DNA of 8,903 nt from Octopus sinensis. Taxonomy: Eukaryota. Location: positions 1-8,903 of the forward strand of contig NW_021828297.1 of the NCBI RefSeq assembly GCF_006345805.1. Direction: 5' to 3'. The stretch's first letter is position 1; each line of letters begins with the position of its first letter. The notes below the pieces were generated by a model. The model worked only from the letters and a program-made list of their open reading frames with translations. It was not told the origin of the DNA and searched no databases. A program made the position numbers and the translations under genes. Of this stretch, positions 1 through 7,550 are shown piece by piece.

Positions 1-37
1 TATGTATATACATATATTTGTGTGTATGTGTGTGTGT

Positions 38-77
<40 letters not shown>
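1..77. repeat. Compound (TA)/(TG)n microsatellite
   Basis: TA-rich start, then (TG)n from ~19 to 77 with an A substitution at 26 and a GG interruption at 38-39. Confidence 0.97.
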
Positions 78-78
<1 letters not shown>

Positions 79-682
79 CTCTGCACGCGCATAACTGTTA
101 CATTTACTATGTATTCTTTCGATACTAAACAGGGCAATAGAAACTATGCGTAGACTTATATTGCTAATACTGTAGCACTGTAGTTACACATGTAAACACT
201 GTGTCTGCTTATGCAATATTTTTGTAGACAGACAAGAATGGTCACCCTTCATAGCTTCAAACCTGTGCTGGAATTTCATCGACAACTAAATACCGTCTTT
301 GGCATCCCTCATAAACTATACGTTTTCAAGGGATAAGTAAATTGGAATGACAAGTTTGCAGCTGATTCTTGACAATATATGTATTCTTAAACACATCGTT
401 ATATGAATAATCATGTCTATTTAATTCTTTATACATTTATCAATTGTCACAGAAAAAAATGTGATATATTGACCGATTCACCCACAAAAACATCTGATAT
501 GTTCCTGTCTTAATGTCATATGTATAAATCACACAAAAGAAAGATGGCTCTAGTAACTAAACTTCTTTTGTCGTCCATCTGTGCAATTTTTAAAATTCTA
601 GTATTTAATATAACACCACGCTCCCTACTTTTTCTTCCCGCTCAGCGACGCACCATACAGCGGAAAAAAATTTGATGCAACG

Positions 683-1250
683 CCTCTCTTACTCTCTCTC
701 TCTCTCTCTCACTCTTACTCTCTCTCTCGCACTCTCCTACTCTCTCTCTCTCTTTCCTTATATCTTTCCTCTCATCACCTTACCTCTCTGCTGCTTTTTC
801 TACTTACCCCTTTCACTTTACCATTCGCCACCCTTCTCTCTTGTTCACCCCTCCTTTATTCCCTTTCTTTCTCTCTGCAATCCCTTCTGTTTCTGTCCGC
901 CTCATTTCTCCCTTTACTTTGCTTCCGTCTCATCCACTGCCTTTCTCTCTACCCTCCACTACCTCTTTTCTCTCTTCTCTCTCTTTCCCCCTCCCCTCTC
1001 TCTCCCTTCCATGGCCATCCCATTCCTCATTTTATCCTTCTTTTCATGCTTGACCGTTGGCCCCTTTAGTCATGCTCTCCTGGGCCCTTGCCTCAGCATT
1101 TACCTTCAGCCCTGGAACTGTCTTATCTTTCAACCTTTCTTTCAATTTTTTTCCATCCTTCCACCTTTCTTTCTATCTTTCTCTGTGTCTACTTTCCTTT
1201 TCAACTCCCATAGACCATATTTTCCCATTAGCATTCCTTCTACGCATGTT
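683..1250. repeat. Long degenerate (CT)n / polypyrimidine low-complexity tract
   Basis: About 570 bp dominated by C/T on the + strand, with perfect (CT)n runs at the 5' end. It explains the L/S/F-rich ORFs 672..1409, 841..1053 and 1057..1272. Confidence 0.92.
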
Positions 1251-1580
1251 TTGTCTGAATGCTGTCTCATAGCCGTAAGGCCTTTATTACTATGTATTAT
1301 TTATATATATACCAAATATCTGCCTCGTTTTCCATTGTGTCTTGCCTTATTCTATCGTCGTTTATCGTTTCGCTGTTTTCGTCACTGTCATTTACATTCA
1401 TTCACTTAATCCCATCAGGTTTTGGCCGACGACGCCACCAAAGTGAACAATCTTATCGTGAAAGACGCGAAATTGTCATGATTTCTGAAGGATAACTAAT
1501 GAGGGGTGAGCATGTCCACAGCTTGTGTGTAATGTTTCCGTATGCTCCTTTGAGGTCCTTCTGGGCAATTTTTTTATGAA

Positions 1581-1731
1581 TATGTGTATATGTATGTATG
1601 TATTTATTGTATATACATATTATATATATGTATATATATATTATATATATATATATATATTATATATATTATATATATGTGTGTGTGTGGTGTGTGTGTG
1701 CATACATATATATATATGCATACATGTATAT
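1581..1731. repeat. Compound (TA)n-(TG)n-(TA)n microsatellite
   Basis: Alternating purine-pyrimidine tracts are directly visible. Confidence 0.95.
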
Positions 1732-3281
1732 AAAAATCTATTAATCTATTATTTCAGAGAGATAATTATTTTAATTAGTTGGTAGCTAGTAATTAGTCAA
1801 TGAAATCAGAAATATCGATAGGAATATCTGCAATAATTCACCAATTCCGATTAAAAGCTTTCAATAGAATGTTATATCTTTGAGACAGAGATCTCACGGT
1901 CTTAACTCATTAAATAAAGAACACATACTATCAATCGATTTTATAGTTATTACTGCATCATCTTTTAGTTTCCGTATGTGTTAGGGACTTGGTGCGGAGT
2001 TTTTTTAAATACCTTAATGCACGCTTTTGTTGTGGGAATCTTTTATAAAATGATTTTCTGTAATCCCTATATAGGATTGATTCATTGTTACTTACAAGAC
2101 AGTCCTTAGCTAGATATACTACTAATAAAGAAAGATGCGTACCGCTGAAAAGGCAGATTCACGGTTGTTGGAAATTACATAAAGTGGGGAGAGGTTTAAG
2201 TGTTCGTCTGAGAAGTTGCCTACTATTCACACTGTCCAGAGAAGCAACGAAATCTTGGATTCAACTATCGATCATCTTAAAGCTATTCCTCTGATAGGCC
2301 TTATTATATTTATGGCGTACCGGAAAATGCTTATTGATAAGAATATCCTGGCAACCTTCTTAAAGAAGCATTTAAACTATATAGTGAACAATACCAAATA
2401 ATATACCTTTTTCTATTGGGGGAAGGATTCCGCGTTAAAGGATTATCTCACGATAATCTCCCTTAACAATGCTACACCTTATCATAATGACGCATTAAAA
2501 ATAGTGAGCTTCATCAAGAGAATGCAGTTGTTTTTAACTGAGCACCCACTGAACGACGGATACATTTTCTGACACTGAAAGGACATAAGCTAGAATAGAT
2601 GGGAAAATATGCCACAGTTCCTTTTCTTTTTTAATTTTCGGACAAATTTCAGGAGATTTCTAAGTTTACAAAACCATAAACTTAAAAATGCGAAGGTGTT
2701 TCTGGTGTAAGGCCAGGTGAATCTCCTGGTTCTTTACAAGTTGACTTAATTCATTTACTAACTGATATTATTTTTAATAACCAAATTTAATAATCTATTT
2801 TGAAATTATATAAATCCTACCCAGATCCTGAAGAATTATCTTTTATCAAGGAATAGCGTATTGAAAATCGTATCACTGCTATTCTATACTGATGGGAACA
2901 GTTTTCCTCAAACATTAAATTTATCCTGGAACCACTTGTGAGCTAAAATCGCAGATAATAATCTTGGAACTCAATTAAGACTTAAGCGCATCATTTACTT
3001 AATCTTACAACATCTCTGATTTTATCAGAGCAGAATCCTTCTTCTTTTTTAAGATGACGGCTAAGACATTTCATAAAGTTTGCATCCTTGCTTTTTCGTG
3101 GTTAATTTATGCTTTCTAACATATTAATTAACGTTAATTAGTGTAATTGCGCGCATCTACGTTGTGAAATTAATGTCATTAATGTCATTGACACTGATAT
3201 GTGCCTACAGCTTTTTCTTTCCATACAATCACCATAGGAACCAAAGCTTCCCCGTCTCCTAACGTAAAGATTCTCTCATTA

Positions 3282-3394
3282 GTTGAGATTGATGTTGATG
3301 TTAATGGTGATAATAGTGGTAGTGGTGGCGTCGGAGGTGGTGAAGTTTGTGGTTAGTAAAGGTAGCGAGCGATATTGTTGCTGTTGCTGTTGTT
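3282..3394. repeat. Degenerate trinucleotide low-complexity tract (GAT/GGT/GCT/GTT)
   Basis: ttgatgttgatgtt..gtggtagtggtggcg..tgttgctgttgctgttgt. Confidence 0.75.
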
Positions 3395-3635
3395 TAAGAG
3401 GATTTAAGACGCTGGAAACTCTACTCATCCAGTTTATATTTTCCAGATTCATTATCCAATGTTAAGTTCAGTTAAATTTTTGGCTCAAAAAGCAAAAAGC
3501 AAGGCCATGTAGGGGGACATGGAGTTATGTACAGGGAGGGTGTTCATGCAAAGAGTTCAGGCCATTTCTGGTCAAGAGAGACTTTGAACCGAGCGGTCGT
3601 CGCCATCTTCACTATCCCCTTATGTTTCATGTTTC

Positions 3636-3685
3636 TCTGTCATTTCCAGCAGATCCAGTGACCACATGCAGCTTCATAATGTTGG
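3636..3685 (+). mobile_element. Possible short fragment of an unclassified dispersed octopus repeat
   Basis: ctgtcatttccagcagatccagtgaccacatgcag resembles a motif I recall from a high-copy Octopus repeat (gctgctatttctagcaggtcgagcgaccac). Recollection only; needs RepeatMasker/Dfam. Confidence 0.35.
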
Positions 3686-3701
3686 TATCTCTGATGGTTT
3701 T

Positions 3702-3938
3702 CTTTATCTCTCTCTCTCCCTCTCACCCTTTCTCTCTCTCTCTCTCTCTCATTATATATGTTATCTCTTGCCTATAGACATCTCTCTCTCTCTCTCTCTT
3801 TCACCGACTCTTTTTTTTCTCCAGACCTTTCTCTCACTCTCTCTTTTTTGTCTCTGTTTGACTTTCATTCCCTGTCACTATTCCCACTCACCTTCTCTGT
3901 CTCTGACTGTCTCTCTCCTTCTTTCTCCCTCCTCTCTC
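3702..3938. repeat. (CT)n-rich polypyrimidine tract
   Basis: Several perfect (CT)n runs separated by degenerate C/T sequence. Source of ORFs 3666..3941 and 3758..3988. Confidence 0.93.
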
Positions 3939-4163
3939 TAATACTTCACAGGAAGTTTATTTTACCGCCTCCCTTTAATCAACGCTAATCAACTTCCGTT
4001 TCCCAAATGTGTTAAACCTGTAATCTCCACTTAAGTGAGGCGGCGGAGGGTGGGGGAGACTGGGACGGAGCGGTTTGTAAGGGATCATTTGATGAGAAAA
4101 GTATGGGAGGTGCGGGGTGCGGGGAATTGTTGTCTCATCGCTACCCTAGAAGACGACGGATGC

Positions 4164-4195
4164 GGGGTGGGTGGGGAGCAGTTTTAATGGGGGGG
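4164..4195 (+). other. Putative G-quadruplex-forming sequence
   Basis: GGGG-T-GGG-T-GGGG-AGCAGTTTTAAT-GGGGGGG: four runs of at least 3 G with loops of 1, 1 and 12 nt. Folding is inferred. Confidence 0.5.
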
Positions 4196-4247
4196 TGAAG
4201 AGTGTTCGTGTTGAATAGGAGTTTTCGGGTACCGGAAAGGTAGAATA

Positions 4248-4757
4248 GTGGTGTTGACGTCACGGATGATAGTGGTGGTAGGGTGGTAGTGATGGTGTAA
4301 GAAAGGGAGGAGGAGGTAGTGGTGGTGGTGATGGGTGGTGGGTGGTGGTGGTGGTGGTTGGTGAGGATAGTGGTATAGGTGGCGTTAGCAGTACTGTTTC
4401 TATTGTTGTTGTTATTGATGTTGGAGTGGTAGAGGCGGTGATGGATGGTAGAGGTAGTGGGGTAGAGCAGGAGGCGGTTAAGGTAGTGGTGGTAATATTG
4501 TTGCTATTGGTGGTGTTGTTTTCTTTATTAGTAGTTCCGCTGTTGTTGCTTCTATTACTGCTACTACTGCTGCTACCACTGCTGCTACTGGTGGTGGTGG
4601 TGGTAAACGCATTCGTTCATAGTTGCGGTGGTAGTGTTATTAGTGGAAAAAGTTGGATGTGTTCCTGTGGTGATGATATAGGAATGGCAGTTTTGGTGGT
4701 GGGTGGCGGTGGTGGGGTGGTGGTGGTTGTGGTGGTGGAGGTAGCGGTGGTGCTACC
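4248..4757. repeat. Degenerate (GGT/GTT/GCT/CTA)n triplet low-complexity region
   Basis: About 500 bp with triplet periodicity and a strong G/T bias on +. Source of ORF 4342..4761. Confidence 0.9.
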
Positions 4758-4839
4758 TTAACCCTTAGGTTATGATCCACTGGCGCTGGTTGTTGTAAAA
4801 AAAACGTATTATCTTTCCTTTTGTTCCATCGGCTTCCCG

Positions 4840-4873
4840 CCGCCGTCACCACCACCATCATCATCACCACCAT
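4840..4873. repeat. (CCA/TCA)n triplet repeat
   Basis: gccgccgtcaccaccaccatcatcatcaccacca, which is the opposite polarity to the upstream (GGT)n region. Confidence 0.85.
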
Positions 4874-5040
4874 GCACGATCTTAACAAAAAGGAAACTAA
4901 GTGTCGTTTGGAATGGCCTTGACATTTTAGTTTGACCTGCTAAAAATATCAGCCACCTTCTTCTCAAGTCACACACAACACTCAATAAATAAAGCAGACA
5001 CGAGGGATGTAGTTATCGAAATAGACTTAGGACTTGGGTG

Positions 5041-5349
5041 TGTCATGGTCTCAAGGACTCACAGGGCCGGAGCCTGACTCCGTTTCCATGGTTCAAAAGT
5101 GACAGAGATTGTAGCACCTCCCCACCACCACCACCACATACACACATTCAACACCGAACGGGACGCCGGTCTGTGGCAGGGTTAACTTCCCAGCTGAAGC
5201 TCGAACTCACTTTACTGCTAAGTGGACTGGAGTAACATGAAATGAAGTGTTTTGCTCAAGAATGCAATTCCAGCGTCTTCTCCGAGAATCGAAACTATGA
5301 TCATACGACTGTGAACACAACACCCTAACCACTGGACCATGCGCCTTCA
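5041..5349 (-). mobile_element. tRNA-derived SINE, near full length, decayed
   Basis: Minus strand reads tgaaggcgcaTGGTCCAGTGGttagggtg...aGTTTCGATTCTcgg: Pol III A box (5329-5339) and B box (5285-5295) with tRNA-like spacing. These are followed by cttgagcaaaacacttcatttcatgttactccagtccacttagc and ccctgccacagaccggcgtcccgttc...gggaggtgcta...gctccggcc, which resemble conserved body domains of metazoan SINEs. The family name is not verified. Confidence 0.82.
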
Positions 5350-5354
5350 TACAT

Positions 5355-5430
5355 TAAAAAAAAACTGATTGATCATGGTTGGAACGTCTTTGACTATAGG
5401 TCTGCTCCATTAGAACAGCGAATAGTAACA
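5355..5430 (-). mobile_element. Fragment of an unclassified dispersed octopus repeat
   Basis: Minus strand gagcagacctatagtcaaagacgttccaaccatgatc matches my recollection of a high-copy Octopus repeat (gagcagacctatgatcaaagacattccaaccatgacc). Recollection only. Confidence 0.5.
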
Positions 5431-5851
5431 AACAGCACGGTTTTTGGTGGAGGGGGGTGTGATCATAGAACCTCTGCGACCAATCCTTCTCCCCAGAACA
5501 TCGGCCCTCTGGAATCTTCTCGCTGCTCATATCTGTCTTGCAACAGTTTAAACACAACATTAATGGCATCGATCAAACCACTCTCGGAACACTACAAAGT
5601 TGATGGGCACTGCCCCGCCCCTCAACATTCAACGAGTTAAAGAAGGAAAAGAACAACTTCAAAAGCCTCGTCACTGGTTTAATACCACACCAGCTCCACG
5701 GTGCCCGTAGACACGGAACATGAAGGGATCCCAATTTATACCCTTATGTATGAATGTATGAGCGTGTGTGTATGTAGAATGTATGTATATACAATTGTTC
5801 GTTTGTTTTCCACCTGCCTTCGTCTTTTGTTTATTTTCATAAAGCTTCCCG

Positions 5852-5947
5852 TATATATAATATATATATATATATATATAATATATATATATATATAATA
5901 TATATATATATATTATATATATATATAATATATTATATATATATATA

Positions 5948-5988
<41 letters not shown>

Positions 5989-5991
5989 TAT
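5852..5991. repeat. 140-bp pure A/T tract: interrupted (TA)n followed by (TAA)12
   Basis: No G or C between 5852 and 5991; (TAA)12 at 5951-5986. Confidence 0.98.
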
Positions 5992-6135
5992 GAGCGAATA
6001 ACAAAGAGGTACAGGTATCAATCCATTACAGCCGTTTCCAAAGACTCTTTTTATTGATTAATGAGAACATTACATCATTGTAAAAATGCCATTTTCGTCT
6101 GATGAATTCATGATCTTCAAGCATAGAGGACAGTT

Positions 6136-6451
6136 CAACATATGTTTTGGCCATCTTGGAAACGTCTGAAACACTTGTACGCTTATGTGCGGCTCCTACA
6201 CTCCTCTCCATACCCTTTCTGAAACACTGCGTAGGCCTCTGAGCAGGTGTCGCCATGACAACTTTCTTTGTCATGGCCAATGCGACGATCGCACGCTACA
6301 CACCTTCCTTCCAAGCACTGCTGTAAACAACGGAAGTGAGCTAGAACGTTAAGACTTATTGCATATGCACAGCAGAGTTCAAGGTTTTCACTCTGCGTGC
6401 TTTAGCTTTGTTACCAAGGCAACAGTCCGAACACTTGTTTATCAGACCTCG
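6136..6451 (-). mobile_element. Mariner (Tc1/mariner superfamily) DNA transposon, 5' fragment
   Basis: Minus strand begins TA|CGAGGTCTGATAAACAAGTGTTCGGACTGT: TA target dinucleotide at 6452-6453 and a mariner-type TIR at ~6422-6451. A 5' UTR and a transposase N-terminal relic follow. I found no right TIR, and homology fades at ~6136. Confidence 0.88.
6150..6274 (-). pseudogene. Mariner transposase N-terminal HTH relic
   Basis: ATG at 6274 gives MTKKV. After a frameshift, reading from 6254 gives GDTCSEAYAVFQKGYGEECRSRT*AYKCFRRFQDG, which matches the mariner N-terminal pattern G.T..E....L...YG...MSR..V..WF.RF..G. There is an in-frame TAA at 6183-6185, and the EQR..IKFC..L segment is missing. 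Confidence 0.85.
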
Positions 6452-6605
6452 TACACTGCAAGAATATCATGTGGCCGGCACTTATGCACCAAGTCTGATA
6501 TTCACTGAATATTGCTGAGTACGCATGTTACTTAGACCTAACAAGGTGCCCCATGTTAAGTACCAAATTCAACTGAATCTTAATTATTTATATATATATA
6601 TACAC

Positions 6606-6764
6606 GTGTAGACATGGTTGATTGTCTAAGAGATGCGTTTCAATACCACGAGGTTTCAGGTTCAATCTCACCGTACGACACTATGAGCAACTGTCTTCTA
6701 CTATAGCTACGGGGGCCGATCAATGCCTTGTCAGTGAGTTTGCCAAACGGAAACTGCGATGAAG
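6606..6764 (+). mobile_element. tRNA-derived SINE 5' part (octopus high-copy type), decayed
   Basis: A-box-like TGGTTGATTGT (6615-6625) and B box GGTTCAATCTC (6659-6669). The body gagcaactgtcttctactatagc..gggccgatcaatgccttgtcagtgagtttgccaaacggaaactg matches my recollection of the abundant Octopus SINE (ggcaagtgtcttctactatagcctcgggccgaccaaagccttgtgagtggatttggtagacggaaactg). Confidence 0.82.
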
Positions 6765-7170
6765 TTTGAAAACTGTGTTTACCTGCGCGCACACGTGTGT
6801 GTGCATTTTATTCCTATTTGTATATTGGTATTTTAGCAGTAAACTCAATTTTTCGTCAATTTGCATTCCGTTTATTGCATTCAAATGAGTGGACGTGTAT
6901 TTTAGCAGAAGATTCCTTCAGTTTGTGTTTAGCCATAAATTGTATTTTATTGTCTGTATGTATGTTTGTAGTTTAGCTGTGGATTTTATCTTCCTAAAAC
7001 TTTAAATCGTTGTTACCTTCTATATTTATTTATACACAGTTTTTCACTTTCCATCGCCATCCGTTAGATGTAATCTCCGTTCTACACCCCGCCACGTCCG
7101 AGTTACCACTGTATTGTCGTTATGTACACGGGTGGCCAATTAATTTAGAGATGTCAATCTGGAGAAAAAG

Positions 7171-7340
7171 TGTTGTGTGTAGTGTGAGTTGTGTGTGTGT
7201 GGTGGTGGGGGGTGAATGTGTGTGTATGTGTGTGTACCGTGTATAGCCTTACTATTTGTATTGTATGGATTATGTATGTACACGTTCTGCGTGGGTGTGT
7301 GTGTGGGTGTGCGTGTGTGTGTGTGCGTGTGTGTGTGTGT

Positions 7341-7384
<44 letters not shown>

Positions 7385-7392
7385 GCGTGTGT
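7171..7392. repeat. (TG)n microsatellite complex (potential Z-DNA former)
   Basis: Degenerate TG tracts plus a perfect (GT)21 at 7342-7383. Source of ORFs 7140..7514, 7191..7532, 7216..7572 and 7256..7441. Confidence 0.96.
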
Positions 7393-7424
7393 TCGAGCAT
7401 TACTCTGCTTGTGTGGTGTTTCTT

Positions 7425-7490
7425 TGTTTCTTTTCTTTTAATGATTTTAGTCGCTGGATCGCGGCTATGCTGGAGCACTACATTTCGTGG
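7425..7490 (-). mobile_element. SINE 3' tail fragment
   Basis: Plus strand ttttagtcgctggatcgcggctatgctggagcactac matches the reverse complement of the Octopus SINE tail as I recall it (tttcagtcatttgactgcggccatgctggagcaccgcc). Recollection-based. Confidence 0.62.
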
Positions 7491-7550
7491 TTTTCGTTCA
7501 TTATATCTACCCAAGAACTTATTTCAGTCTGATATTATTTTGCGAGAGCA

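Noticed and set aside
227-337. Short open frame (QTRMVTLHSFKPVLEFHRQLNTVFGIPHKLYVFKG*) after a TAG acceptor-like site
   Set aside because: Short, no recognisable homology, weak splice context.
672-1409. 245-aa ORF and nested ORFs
   Set aside because: L/S/F/P-rich translation of a CT tract that lacks stops by composition; TTG start; no domain.
2085-2401. Overlapping 69-aa and 61-aa ORFs
   Set aside because: Non-ATG starts, no motifs, lengths expected by chance.
4342-4888. Poly-V/L ORF (+) and Pro-rich ORF (-)
   Set aside because: Translations of GGT/CCA triplet repeats.
5285-5349. tRNA gene
   Set aside because: A and B boxes are present, but I could not fold a full cloverleaf and the sequence continues into a SINE body. 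The same applies to 6606-6670.
4758-5640. TTAACCCT at 4758 and GAGTTAA at 5634-5640 as a piggyBac-like element
   Set aside because: The ends are not inverted repeats of each other (the right end would need AGGGTTAA), and the interior is explained by other repeats.
5671-6021. Poly-Y/I ORFs
   Set aside because: Translations of TA/TAA microsatellite.
6828-6908. 12-bp direct repeat GTATTTTAGCAG (6828-6839, 6897-6908) as a target-site duplication or duplicated splice acceptor
   Set aside because: The 57-bp interior has no element features and no downstream donor or ORF support; an AT-rich 12-mer pair is weak evidence.
6606-7490. Inverted SINE pair forming dsRNA
   Set aside because: The + copy is the head/body and the - copy is the tail, so they are not complementary to each other.
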